From IMG/VR virus record IMGVR_UViG_3300045988_135509, positions 1-39,784 of that record: a stretch of 39,784 nucleotides of DNA; one strand, given 5' to 3'. Position numbers and translations under genes: made by a program. Of the stretch, positions 1 to 8,954 are shown in pieces. Below the pieces are notes generated by a model that had not been told where the DNA came from, did not search any database, and worked only from the letters and a program-made list of their open reading frames with translations. Within the stretch, counting starts at the first letter, position 1; every line of letters begins with the position of its first letter. Origin of the DNA: a virus.

Positions 1-136
1 GAACACAGGGGACAGGAACACAGGGAACTGGAACACAGGGAACTGGAACACAGGGGACAGGAACACAGGGAACAGGAACACAGGGAACAGGAACACAGGG
101 AACTGGAACACAGGGAACTGGAACACAGGGGACTGT
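1..136 (+). repeat. 15-bp tandem repeat array (units GGAACACAGGGAACT / GGAACACAGGGGACA / GGAACACAGGGAACA), coding
   Basis: Direct reading: about 9 near-identical 15-nt units, in frame with the ORF ending at 487. They translate to NTG(N/D)(W/R) pentapeptides. The same array is seen at 39705..39784. Confidence 0.95.
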
Positions 137-487
137 AACACAGTTAATTTCTCTAATGGTGTTTTCTGTACTAAAGAAGATACAATAAAGATTTTTGATA
201 AAGAAAGTAATATGACATTAAGAGAGTGGAGAGAAAGTAGAGCAAAAAGAATAATAGCTTGGAATATGGAAACAACAGTGTGGATTTATGAAAGTAGCAT
301 GACAGAACAGGAAAAAGCACAATACCCATCATATAAGACCACAGGCGGTTACTTAAAAGTATTTACTTATTCAGAAGCTTGGAAGAACCTTTGGAACAGT
401 ATTACAGACGAAGAAAAACAAGAAATAATTAATATTCCAAACTTTGATAAGAACAAGTTCAAAGAAATCACAGGAATAGAAATATAG
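2..487 (+). CDS. Pentapeptide-repeat protein, C-terminal part (continuation of 39384..39784 across the circular junction; non-redundant part is 52..487)
   Basis: Frame 2 is open from position 2 with no stop: NTGDRNTGNWNTGNW...NTGDCNTVNFSNGVFCTKEDTIKIFDKESNMTLREW... The ORF-track entry 212..487 is only the part after an internal Met. Confidence 0.85.
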   Translation, partial: NTGDRNTGNWNTGNWNTGDRNTGNRNTGNRNTGNWNTGNWNTGDCNTVNFSNGVFCTKEDTIKIFDKESNMTLREWRESRAKRIIAWNMETTVWIYESSMTEQEKAQYPSYKTTGGYLKVFTYSEAWKNLWNSITDEEKQEIINIPNFDKNKFKEITGIEI

Positions 488-500
488 GGAGGATTTAGAT

Positions 501-1106
501 ATGAGTAAATTTAAAGTTGGCGATAATGTTAAGGCAATAAGCAATAAATATGCATTTACAACATTAGAGTGTGGCTGGACTGGAGTGGTAGTATCAATAT
601 CTACTAGAGAACATTGTTTTTCTGCTAAAACTATAACCGGTCATGATTCTTCAGAAGGCCATGTATATCGCGGATTATGCTTTGAAGATTTTGAACTTAT
701 AGAAAAAGAAGAGTTCACCTTCGAGGAAGTAATCGCAAGGATTAAAGAAGGGGAAGTTTATCAAAATAGCTTAAGTAGTATATCTAAGATAGATGGATGC
801 ATAGAAGTTGTCAGCATTAATAGAAGTGGTCGCACTATCCCAAAAGGTGAGGAATATACTGTAAGATTTGAAACTAATAACTATAAACTAGTTCCACAAA
901 AGAATAATTACCTACTATTTGAAGTAGAACACCAAGAAGGTGGGAAAAGGTATTTGTTCAGAAGTGATTGTAACTACAACTTAGGTGATATTGTAATCTG
1001 CCAAACAAGTCTTGGTAAGTCATATGGAAAGATAGTTTATAAAGTAATTAAAGAACTTACAGAAGAAGAGTTTAAGGCATACAAGCCAATAATAAAGTCA
1101 GTTTAG
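501..1106 (+). CDS. Hypothetical early protein (201 aa)
   Basis: Long ORF with GGGAGG Shine-Dalgarno upstream, same strand as its neighbours. No motif recognised with certainty. Confidence 0.7.
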   Translation: MSKFKVGDNVKAISNKYAFTTLECGWTGVVVSISTREHCFSAKTITGHDSSEGHVYRGLCFEDFELIEKEEFTFEEVIARIKEGEVYQNSLSSISKIDGCIEVVSINRSGRTIPKGEEYTVRFETNNYKLVPQKNNYLLFEVEHQEGGKRYLFRSDCNYNLGDIVICQTSLGKSYGKIVYKVIKELTEEEFKAYKPIIKSV

Positions 1107-1116
1107 GGGGTGCAAT

Positions 1117-1359
1117 ATGGACGAAAGATTGATTGAAATATTCAAACTGGTGTTTTTACTTAATCAAAAGGGAAAAGATTTGCAATTAACTTTAAGGGAT
1201 TGTTCTCTTGAAATAATCGATAGTGATTGCCATAACATAATCCCTCATTGGACAGATAATATTTACCTTGGTGAATTTTGGAAAGATGATTATGACGATA
1301 TGGTAAATAACACTTTAGAAATGCTTAAAGGAATGTTAGAAGGTGCTGAAAATGAGTAA
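1117..1359 (+). CDS. Hypothetical protein (80 aa)
   Basis: ORF preceded by GGGGGTG, tightly packed with flanking genes. Confidence 0.6.
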   Translation: MDERLIEIFKLVFLLNQKGKDLQLTLRDCSLEIIDSDCHNIIPHWTDNIYLGEFWKDDYDDMVNNTLEMLKGMLEGAENE

Positions 1360-1534
1360 CATTCCGGATTGTTGGTATGAATACAGACATGAAAACCCAC
1401 AAGCTAAGAAAATATATACTTGTAGCTGCTGCGGCGGAGGAGTTTACGTGGGTGATGCTTACTGGAATATAAGCGGTCAAATAATCTGCGAGGAATGTAT
1501 AGAGCATCTAAAAAATGAAGCAGAGGAGGGATAA
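1343..1534 (+). CDS. Small Cys-rich (zinc-ribbon-like) protein
   Basis: CSCCGGG...CEEC cysteine pairs. Overlaps the upstream stop by 17 nt. Confidence 0.55.
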   Translation: MLKMSNIPDCWYEYRHENPQAKKIYTCSCCGGGVYVGDAYWNISGQIICEECIEHLKNEAEEG

Positions 1535-1536
1535 TA

Positions 1537-1683
1537 ATGTACGAAAATTGTAAATTACAGAATATAAAAACTGTACTAGCTTGTTGTGGTGACAAGATGA
1601 CAGATAAAGAACTTACTCAAATAGCAATTAGAGTAAATGCAGCTAAAGAAAGAATTGATAAGGAGGAAAGAAATAATGGCTAA
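1537..1683 (+). CDS. Small hypothetical protein (48 aa, below the ORF-track cut-off)
   Basis: ATG 1537 preceded by GAGGAGGG at a 6-nt spacing: MYENCKLQNIKTVLACCGDK...EERNNG. Its stop overlaps the likely recT start. Confidence 0.45.
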   Translation: MYENCKLQNIKTVLACCGDKMTDKELTQIAIRVNAAKERIDKEERNNG

Positions 1684-2452
1684 TGATATACAAACTCTAG
1701 TGTTAAAGAACACTAATACTCAACTTTCTTCAATGTTGGAAAAAGAAGCACAAGCCTTACCAAAAGGTTTTAATACATTAAGATTTAAGCAAAATGCAAT
1801 GACAGTATTAAGCAGTTTAGATTTAAGCAAGATGAGAGGGCAAGAGTTTAACCTTGCTAGGTGCATTATAAAAGGTGCTTACCTTGGGTTAGATTTCAGC
1901 AACAAGGAATGCTATGTAATTACCTATGGTGGTAAGCCAGAGTTTATGACCGATTATAAGGGCGAGGAAAAGTTAGTTTATAACTATTCAGTAAGACCAG
2001 TTAAAAATATATATTCCCAGGTAGTTAAAGAAGGGGAAAAATTCGAGATCATTACCAATGGAACTGAAAAGACAATAATTCATAACCAAGGCATAAGTGA
2101 CAAGCCAATAATTGGGGCATATACAGTCGTAACTTATGAAGACGGAACAATAAATACAGAAATAATGACTAGAAAAGAGATAGAAGTTGTTAGAGATAAA
2201 TTTAGTAAGCAATCCAGGGGTAAGGCTTGGGGCGATAGTTTTGGCGAAATGGCTAGAAAGACAGTATTAAGAAGATTATGTAAGCACATTCAACTTAATT
2301 TTGATACTATTGAACAACAACAAGCTTGGAATTCCACTTCTGATGTTAATTTCGAGGATAAACCTACAGAAGTTACCAAAAGTCAAATTGAGAAAGATTT
2401 AGAAGCAGACGGAACTATTAAAGATGTAAGTTTTGAGGAGGTTCAAGAATAA
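1676..2452 (+). CDS. recT: RecT-family single-strand annealing recombinase (ORF open from 1637; the Met at 1676 has the better RBS, AGGAGG)
   Basis: RecT-like sequence (KGFNTLRFKQNAMTVL, ECYVITYGGKPEFMTDYKG, RKTVLRRLCK). Followed by a nuclease gene, as in RecT/Exo pairs. Confidence 0.85.
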   Translation: MANDIQTLVLKNTNTQLSSMLEKEAQALPKGFNTLRFKQNAMTVLSSLDLSKMRGQEFNLARCIIKGAYLGLDFSNKECYVITYGGKPEFMTDYKGEEKLVYNYSVRPVKNIYSQVVKEGEKFEIITNGTEKTIIHNQGISDKPIIGAYTVVTYEDGTINTEIMTRKEIEVVRDKFSKQSRGKAWGDSFGEMARKTVLRRLCKHIQLNFDTIEQQQAWNSTSDVNFEDKPTEVTKSQIEKDLEADGTIKDVSFEEVQE

Positions 2453-2643
2453 TGAGCGGAAAAGAAGCAATGTTTGAAGAAATAGAATTTTTAAGAAGTG
2501 ATATAGAAAAGTTTAAAGAAGATATTCAAGAATTAAAAAATGAAAATGAAGAACTAAAAGATGAAAATAAAGATTTAAAAGATAGAAATGAAGATTTAGA
2601 AAATTTTGTTGAAAATATAAAAACTGAACTAAGGTGGTTGTAA
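2452..2643 (+). CDS. Small acidic coiled-coil protein
   Basis: 63 aa, heptad-like E/K/N/L-rich sequence. TAATG overlap with recT. Confidence 0.6.
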   Translation: MSGKEAMFEEIEFLRSDIEKFKEDIQELKNENEELKDENKDLKDRNEDLENFVENIKTELRWL

Positions 2644-3410
2644 TGAAAATAAACAAAGATAATTATTACTCATCAGAAGCCGATTTAAACACCATGTCGG
2701 TGAGCCAATATAAGTTATGGCTTAAGTGTGAAAGACAAGCCCTAGCGAAGATTAGAGGGAAATATAGGCAATCTGAAACAGATGCCTTTCTCCTTGGTAA
2801 ATATGTACACGCGTTCAGCGAGGGAACACTAGAAAAATTCAAAGAAGAAAATCCAAGTTTGTATTCTAGCCAAGGTAAAACCAAAGGACAGTTAAAGTCC
2901 ACTTTCAAGGTAGCTGAAACAATGGTTAAGGCATTGGAGGAAGATAAAGCTTGTATGAAGTTCTTGGATGGGGAGAAGGAAGTAATAATCGAAGGTGAGT
3001 TATTTGGGGTTCATTGGAGGGGCATGGTTGATGTTCTTAACCTAGAAAAAGGGTTCTTCTCCGACCTAAAAACCACCCAAGGTATTCATAAGAAATATGG
3101 GGGATTAACTTTCATAGAGCATTACGGATATATAGAACAGATGGCAATATATAGAGAATTAATTAAGCAGCAGTTTGGAAAAGATTTAATTCCTTACATT
3201 GTGGCAGTAGAGAAGAACGATAACCCACTAAAGGCAATCGTGAGGGTTGATGAATATTACACCCAGCCAAAGCTATCGGAAATTGAGTTCAATATGGAAC
3301 GTATTAAACAAGTCAAGAATGGTGAGGTTGAACCAATCGGCTGCGGTGAATGTGATTATTGCAGAAAAAACAGTAAGGTTACACAGATTTTAAGTATAGA
3401 AGATTTGTAA
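2643..3410 (+). CDS. PD-(D/E)XK nuclease, Cas4/RecB-like, probable exonuclease partner of RecT (ORF open from 2634)
   Basis: GMVD...SDLKT (D...DxK), QMAIYRE (QxxxY), one N-terminal Cys plus a C-terminal CGECDYC cluster typical of Fe-S Cas4/AddB-type nucleases. Confidence 0.7.
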   Translation: MKINKDNYYSSEADLNTMSVSQYKLWLKCERQALAKIRGKYRQSETDAFLLGKYVHAFSEGTLEKFKEENPSLYSSQGKTKGQLKSTFKVAETMVKALEEDKACMKFLDGEKEVIIEGELFGVHWRGMVDVLNLEKGFFSDLKTTQGIHKKYGGLTFIEHYGYIEQMAIYRELIKQQFGKDLIPYIVAVEKNDNPLKAIVRVDEYYTQPKLSEIEFNMERIKQVKNGEVEPIGCGECDYCRKNSKVTQILSIEDL

Positions 3411-3422
3411 GGCGGTGATAAT

Positions 3423-4214
3423 TTGGCAGAAGTAAAATGGATAAAACTTAATACAGATATGTTCGATAATGCGAAGATTAAGTATTTAAGGACTTTACCA
3501 GAAGGGGACAAGATAGTCCTAATATGGGTGATGTTACTTGCTAAAGCTGGTAAATGCAATGCAAATGGATATATTTTCTTAACCGAAACTATTCCATACA
3601 CTCAAGAAATGTTAGCAGCTGAATTTGATTTTGAGATAACAACAATTCAATTAGCGTTAGGCTCACTTATGAAACTAGGAATGATAAACCTTGATGAAAG
3701 TAATCTTTGTATTACTGGCTGGGAAGAACATCAAAATGTTGAGGGACTAGATAAAATAAGGGAACAAACAAGGTTAAGAGTGGCTAAATACAGAGATAAA
3801 CAAAAGTTAATACCATGTAACGTTACAAGTAACGTAACAGTAACGCAAGGTAACGGAACAGAAGAAGAAAGAGAAGAAGAAAAAGAAAGAGATAAAGATA
3901 ATAATAAAAAAGAAAAAAGGAAAACTGAATTTGATTTATTGATAGAAGGATATACAGAAGATTTACAGTTAAGAAATACAATATATGAGTTTCTAAAGAT
4001 GAGAAAGGCAATAAAAGCACCAATGACAAGTAATGCTTTAAAGCTAATGCTTAATAAATTGGATAGATTGGCACCTAATGATATACATTGTGATACCAGG
4101 ATAGCAATATTGGAACAAAGTATTATGAACTCCTGGAAGGGAATATTTGAACTTAAAGAAGAGCTTAAAAAGAAAGTAGTTCCGGAGGATAGACACTATG
4201 GATTTGATGGCTAA
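3423..4214 (+). CDS. Phage replisome organiser (N-terminal Phage_rep_org_N-like domain), TTG start
   Basis: WIKLNTDMFDNAKIKYLRTLPEGDKIVLIWVMLLAKAGKCNANGYIFL is the typical N-terminal domain. Charged linker. Located directly upstream of the helicase. Confidence 0.8.
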   Translation: MAEVKWIKLNTDMFDNAKIKYLRTLPEGDKIVLIWVMLLAKAGKCNANGYIFLTETIPYTQEMLAAEFDFEITTIQLALGSLMKLGMINLDESNLCITGWEEHQNVEGLDKIREQTRLRVAKYRDKQKLIPCNVTSNVTVTQGNGTEEEREEEKERDKDNNKKEKRKTEFDLLIEGYTEDLQLRNTIYEFLKMRKAIKAPMTSNALKLMLNKLDRLAPNDIHCDTRIAILEQSIMNSWKGIFELKEELKKKVVPEDRHYGFDG

Positions 4215-5505
4215 TGAGGAAATTGAACAAAATGTACTTGGTGCGATACTGGTTGATAGCAGTTTATTCTATAAGATTTTAGACTTGAATGAGGAAGTAT
4301 TCTATTCTACTGCACATCAAACTTTATTTAGAGCCTTTAAAAGCGTTTCTAAGGAGTTTCAAAAGATAGATATAGGATTAGTCGGGAATCATATTAAAAC
4401 CTTTCAGCCGAAGGGATTGACCATCTCATACGTGTCTAATTTAATGCTATCCGTTCCAAGTACAAGTAATTTTGATGAATACCTGGATATATTAATAGAC
4501 TTGTACCAAAAACGAGAGATAAGAAAGCTATTTCAAAAAGTGGACTTTAAAGAAAACAGTAACTTAATAAAAGAAAAGTTACTAGGTGCTTTAAATAATG
4601 TGTACCAGCAAAAAGCTAAGGATATAAACACCGGCGAAATGGTTATGAATAGACTTGATTCGATACTATCCCACGAAGAAAGAAAAGGACTAAAAACAGG
4701 ATTTTGGGCGATAGATAATAACTTAAAAGGCTTTCATGGTGGAGAATTGATAACAATAGCAGCTAGATCACAAGTTGGAAAAACCACTTTTGCAGTAAAT
4801 GTGTTCACTTACATGGCTTTGTATGGATATAAACCACATTATTTCAGCTTAGAAGTTCCACGAGAAGAAGTGTTAAATAAAATGCTTTCTTTACAGAGTG
4901 GCATTGAAAGTAAGTATATAAGGTTTAACAACGTACCGCAAGAAGATGAGGAAAAACTGGTACAAGTTGGTTCAATACTGGCTGGTAAAAACTTTTATAT
5001 TCGTGATGATAGAAGCGATATTGAAGCGATAACCATGAAAATAAGGGAAGAAGTAATAAACAATAACTTAGATATAGCATTTATTGACTTAATTAATAGA
5101 GTTACTACCAAAGAAAAGGCTGGAACTAAGGCTGAATACATTGGAAATATAACAAGAAGGCTAAAATTACTTGCTATGGAGTTAAATATTCCAATAGTAA
5201 TCATGGCTCAAATTAATAGAACAGTTGATAAGCAAGTAGATAAAAGACCAACGTGTGCTGATTTAAAAGAAAGTGGAAGCATAGAAGAAGATTCAGATGT
5301 AATAATCGGACTTTATAGGGACCCGAGGTTATCAGATGCAAACTATAGAAGGGATAATAAGATTGAAGCTGATTTTACTAGTGATAATCCAGACAAAAAC
5401 CCAGAACGTATAGAAATGATTTTTATGAAGTCTAGGTATACAGGAAACGGAACAATTCCACTAAGATATTCGGGAAATATAAATAAAATATCAGATGTTT
5501 ATTAA
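4198..5505 (+). CDS. dnaB: DnaB-type replicative DNA helicase
   Basis: N-terminal EQNVLGAILVD motif, Walker A AARSQVGKTTF, Walker B IAFIDLI, DnaB-like C-terminal motifs (DLKESGSIEEDSDVI). Confidence 0.9.
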   Translation: MDLMANEEIEQNVLGAILVDSSLFYKILDLNEEVFYSTAHQTLFRAFKSVSKEFQKIDIGLVGNHIKTFQPKGLTISYVSNLMLSVPSTSNFDEYLDILIDLYQKREIRKLFQKVDFKENSNLIKEKLLGALNNVYQQKAKDINTGEMVMNRLDSILSHEERKGLKTGFWAIDNNLKGFHGGELITIAARSQVGKTTFAVNVFTYMALYGYKPHYFSLEVPREEVLNKMLSLQSGIESKYIRFNNVPQEDEEKLVQVGSILAGKNFYIRDDRSDIEAITMKIREEVINNNLDIAFIDLINRVTTKEKAGTKAEYIGNITRRLKLLAMELNIPIVIMAQINRTVDKQVDKRPTCADLKESGSIEEDSDVIIGLYRDPRLSDANYRRDNKIEADFTSDNPDKNPERIEMIFMKSRYTGNGTIPLRYSGNINKISDVY

Positions 5506-5520
5506 AAATAGGAGGAATTT

Positions 5521-5673
5521 ATGGATAGTTACTTATCAAAATTGGTTGAGTTGATAAAAGAAGGTAAAACCAATAAGGAAATAAAGGATGAATTTTGGGT
5601 TAATGATTCCCAATTAACCTATATGAGAAACAAGTTAGGGATATTCACTAAAAATAATAGAAAGAGGGTATAG
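5521..5673 (+). CDS. Small hypothetical protein (50 aa), possible HTH
   Basis: ATG preceded by AGGAGGA: MDSYLSKLVELIKEGKTNKEIKDEFWVNDSQLTYMRNKLG... Confidence 0.5.
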   Translation: MDSYLSKLVELIKEGKTNKEIKDEFWVNDSQLTYMRNKLGIFTKNNRKRV

Positions 5674-5677
5674 AAAT

Positions 5678-6064
5678 ATGAATAAATGTGTATTAATTGG
5701 AAATTTAACTAAAGACATAGACTTAAAATTTCAAGCTGGAAGTGGTTTAGCAATAGGAAAGTTCAGTTTAGCAGTTGCTAGACAAAAGAAAGGTGAAACA
5801 GATTTTATTAACTGTATAGCATTTGGTAAAACTGCTGAAACAATGAGCCAGTATTTATTTAAGGGTTCAAAAGTGGCTATTGAGGGACATATACAAACTG
5901 GAAGTTATACCAATAAAGAAAGTCATAAGGTTTATACAACAGATGTTGTTATAGATAGATTTGAATTTGTTGGTGGCAAGAATGAGGGACAAGCACCAAG
6001 TGGCAATCAATCAAGTTTTGGAAATGATATAGTTCCAGATAACGATATTGATTGTCCATTCTAA
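5678..6064 (+). CDS. ssb: Single-stranded DNA-binding protein
   Basis: OB-fold SSB signature (MNKCVLIGNLTKD...FINCIAFGKTAE...VAIEGHIQTGSY), Gly/Gln-rich tail ending in the acidic DIDCPF tip. Confidence 0.95.
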   Translation: MNKCVLIGNLTKDIDLKFQAGSGLAIGKFSLAVARQKKGETDFINCIAFGKTAETMSQYLFKGSKVAIEGHIQTGSYTNKESHKVYTTDVVIDRFEFVGGKNEGQAPSGNQSSFGNDIVPDNDIDCPF

Positions 6065-6113
6065 AGTCGTAATTGCAAGAAAGGGTAAATAAAAAGAAGT
6101 AATACTAGTTAAT

Positions 6114-7019
6114 GTGTATGGCCATACCTTCAGACGTGGAGGGAAATATAAAGTGAAGATAAAAACAGAATTATATAATGACAATTTTCAAAATTATAAA
6201 AGGTATAACATACCAAGGGCGCAGTTAGTTATAGCAGATATTCCATATAACGTTGGCACTAACTTTTATGGAAGTAATCCTATGTGGTATAAAGGCGGAG
6301 ATAATAAGAATGGTGAGAGCAAATTAGCAGGCAAAGCTGCATTTAATTCGGATTTTAATTTTAATATTGCAGAGTATTTCCATTTCTGCAACAGGTTATT
6401 AAAGAAAGAACCTAATAAGCCGGTGCCAAGAGGAAGAAGTTCAGATGCGCCATGTATGATTATATTTTGTGCTTTTGAGCAAATAGAAAGTGTAAAACAG
6501 TACGCTAAGAAATATGGATTTAAAAATAGTATTCCATTAGTGTTTATAAAAAATTATAGCCCACAAGTATTGAAAGCAAATATGCGAATTGTTGGTGCGA
6601 CAGAATATGCATTAGTGCTTTATAGAGATAAGCTACCTAAATTTAGAAATGGCTTACAGGTAGATGAGAATGGAAAAAATATAAAGGGGACAGGGCATAT
6701 GATTTTTAACTGGTTTGAATGGAAGAGAGATAATACAAAAGAATATCCTAAAATTCATCCATCACAAAAACCGGTTGGATTATTGAAACAGTTAATAGAA
6801 ATATTTACTGATGAAGGGGATGTTGTAATTGACCCTTGCGCAGGAAGTGCTACAACATTAAGAGCGGCTATGGAACTTAATAGAAATTGTTATGGGTTTG
6901 AAATATCTAAGGAATTTTATAAAAAGGCTAAAGAAAATATGTTAGCAATGGAAACTCACAATAAAGATATTAAAACAAAGGTAAATGAAGTGCTAGAAGG
7001 ACAATATTCAATGTTTTAG
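6114..7019 (+). CDS. DNA N6/N4 methyltransferase, beta-class motif order, orphan (alternative GTG start at 6153 behind GGAGGG)
   Basis: Catalytic DIPY (ADIPYN) near the N-terminus and the AdoMet motif VIDPCAGSATT near the C-terminus. No cognate restriction gene nearby. Confidence 0.8.
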   Translation: MYGHTFRRGGKYKVKIKTELYNDNFQNYKRYNIPRAQLVIADIPYNVGTNFYGSNPMWYKGGDNKNGESKLAGKAAFNSDFNFNIAEYFHFCNRLLKKEPNKPVPRGRSSDAPCMIIFCAFEQIESVKQYAKKYGFKNSIPLVFIKNYSPQVLKANMRIVGATEYALVLYRDKLPKFRNGLQVDENGKNIKGTGHMIFNWFEWKRDNTKEYPKIHPSQKPVGLLKQLIEIFTDEGDVVIDPCAGSATTLRAAMELNRNCYGFEISKEFYKKAKENMLAMETHNKDIKTKVNEVLEGQYSMF

Positions 7020-7149
7020 AGCAGAATGTATAGAAAACACGACATAACTGAATAGGGGTTAAGTTTATAAGCTTAATATAGGACAAGTTAATAACATAGG
7101 CTTAACCCTGTATTATCAATTAATAATCAAGTGATAAGGAAGTGATTAG

Positions 7150-7293
7150 ATGACTAGAAGTGAGTTTTTTGAAGAGTGTGCATATTATAATGACTGTTCT
7201 AAATGTCCTTATGCAGATGAAGCAGAATGTGATTATGGCCAAGGATTAAGTTATAGATGCACAGTAAATATTGATGAATTGGAGGATGATTAA
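7150..7293 (+). CDS. Small Cys-rich protein (47 aa)
   Basis: MTRSEFFEECAYYNDCSKCPYADEAECDYGQGLSYRC... Stop abuts the next gene's TTG start. Confidence 0.45.
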   Translation: MTRSEFFEECAYYNDCSKCPYADEAECDYGQGLSYRCTVNIDELEDD

Positions 7294-7860
7294 TTGAGGT
7301 ACAAGTATTCAGATGTAGAATTAAAAAAACTTCTTAAAAATCTTTGTATTGTAATTGACACTAGGGAACAAGTTAATAAGCACATTACAGATTATTTTGA
7401 TAAGAAGAAGATTAAATATAAAGTCAGAAAGCTAGACCAAGGAGACTACAGTTGCTATATCGAGAGTAATGAAGAAACTCAACCTTTAGGAGTAATAAGA
7501 GATTGGTACTTTGATAATCAGATAGCCATAGAACGTAAAAACTCGGTAGATGAATTAATCCAAAGTATCAAGGATAGAGATAGATTTGAAAATGAATTTG
7601 CAAGGCTAAAGATGTACGGAATAAAAGTTCATATGATAATCGAGGATAAGGATTTCTATACTAAGTTGGCGACTGGTGATTATAGAAGCGAGTACAAGAA
7701 GGAAAGTGCAGTAGCAAGTTATGAAACTTTAATATCCAGGTACGATATATCAGTTCAAGGACACGAAAAAAGGGAAGTTGGCTATAGAATACACAAGATT
7801 TGCTATTACTTTGTAAGAGAACTTATTAAAAACATAGGGTACATGGAGGGAGGAAAATAA
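7294..7860 (+). CDS. ERCC4 (XPF/Mus81/Hef)-type structure-specific nuclease, TTG start
   Basis: VIDTREQ, GDYS and the exact ERKx3D signature (ERKNSVD). Confidence 0.75.
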   Translation: MRYKYSDVELKKLLKNLCIVIDTREQVNKHITDYFDKKKIKYKVRKLDQGDYSCYIESNEETQPLGVIRDWYFDNQIAIERKNSVDELIQSIKDRDRFENEFARLKMYGIKVHMIIEDKDFYTKLATGDYRSEYKKESAVASYETLISRYDISVQGHEKREVGYRIHKICYYFVRELIKNIGYMEGGK

Positions 7861-8954
7861 TGATAGATTACAAAAAGGCACTAGAACTTAAGCAAGAGGG
7901 TAAACCATTAAAAGAGATTATGGAAGAGTTAAACATAGAGGTGAAATATAAGACATTTCAGAAAGCGTTATATGAGTATGAAAAGACAGGGCATGAAAGA
8001 GAATTTAGAAAAATAGAGAGTTTAGATGCAGACCTTCGAGAAGTGGTTTTAGAAGCGGTTAGAAAGGGGACAACCTTAGAGGAATTAGAATACCAAGGAA
8101 TAAGCAGAAGGGTGTCTAAGGCTATAATAGAGGACTTAAAAGAGGAAGGATACGAGATAGGCGAAGTAAACGGAACAATATCGATACTGAAAACGGTAAT
8201 AGGCCCAGTTGAGGAACATAAGGAAGAATGGAATGGTGAGGAAGAAATAATTTTTGGGGTTGTGTCAGATACCCACTTATGCAGCAAGTACCAGCAGATA
8301 ACATTCCTTAATGAAGCTTATGACAAGTTCAAAGAATTAGGAATCAAGAAGGTTTACCATTGTGGGGACATATCGGACGGATATTATAAGAATCGAGATC
8401 AACAAGTCTATGAAATATTTAAGCATGGGGTAGATGAACAAGCGGATTATATTATTGATAACTATCCAAGCAGAGAAGGGATAACCACAGATTTTATTAT
8501 AGGAAACCATGATAACACTCATATCATCAATGGAGGGGCAAATATAGGCAAGAGAATCGCCAGGGAAAGAAAAGATATGAATTATCTAGGTCACTCATTT
8601 GCTAAGGTTTGGCTAACTCCAAAATGCGACATGGATTTGGTTCACCCAATAGATGGCTCAGCTTATGCACTTTCATATAGTGGTCAAAAGTATTGTGATA
8701 GCTTAAGTGGTGGGGAAAAGCCAAAGATTATAGCTATGGGACATCATCATAAATTCTTCTATATGTTCTACAGAAATATTCACTTTATAGAAGTACCAAC
8801 TACCCAAGCGCAAACTCCATTTATGAAAGGTAAGAAGTTACCAGCTTATACAGGAGCATTGATATGCCGACTTAAGGTAGATGCAGAAGGAACAATAAAG
8901 AATTTCAATGTTGAGTTATTACCACTTTACAAGGCTTTGGAAAATGATTTTTAA
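7860..8954 (+). CDS. Calcineurin-like metallophosphoesterase with an N-terminal HTH-like extension
   Basis: GVVSDTHL, CGDISDG, GNHD and GHHH motifs in canonical order. About 120-aa N-terminal helical region. Confidence 0.8.
   Translation: MIDYKKALELKQEGKPLKEIMEELNIEVKYKTFQKALYEYEKTGHEREFRKIESLDADLREVVLEAVRKGTTLEELEYQGISRRVSKAIIEDLKEEGYEIGEVNGTISILKTVIGPVEEHKEEWNGEEEIIFGVVSDTHLCSKYQQITFLNEAYDKFKELGIKKVYHCGDISDGYYKNRDQQVYEIFKHGVDEQADYIIDNYPSREGITTDFIIGNHDNTHIINGGANIGKRIARERKDMNYLGHSFAKVWLTPKCDMDLVHPIDGSAYALSYSGQKYCDSLSGGEKPKIIAMGHHHKFFYMFYRNIHFIEVPTTQAQTPFMKGKKLPAYTGALICRLKVDAEGTIKNFNVELLPLYKALENDF

Noticed and set aside
1-136. Regular short repeats at both window ends that might be taken for a CRISPR array or a non-coding VNTR
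   Set aside because: The units are 15 nt with no spacers. They are in frame with a long ORF and translate to a coherent pentapeptide repeat. No cas genes or leader are present.
3823-3925. Purine-rich low-complexity stretch (gaagaagaaagagaagaagaaaaagaaagagataaagataataataaaaaagaaaaaagg) as a possible repeat element
   Set aside because: It lies in frame within the replisome organiser and encodes a charged E/K/R/D linker between two domains.
7039-7049. ACGACATAACT shared between the spacer after the methyltransferase (7039..7049) and the spacer after the last fibre gene (29170..29180)
   Set aside because: An 11-mer match, or 16-mer with a mismatch, is expected by chance many times in a 40-kb AT-rich genome. 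The flanking sequences do not align further.
7055-7108. Long-loop hairpin GGGTTAAG...CTTAACCC after the methyltransferase gene as a terminator or riboswitch
   Set aside because: It has no U-tract, a 37-nt loop and no recognisable conserved ncRNA motif. The evidence is insufficient to call anything beyond an inverted repeat.
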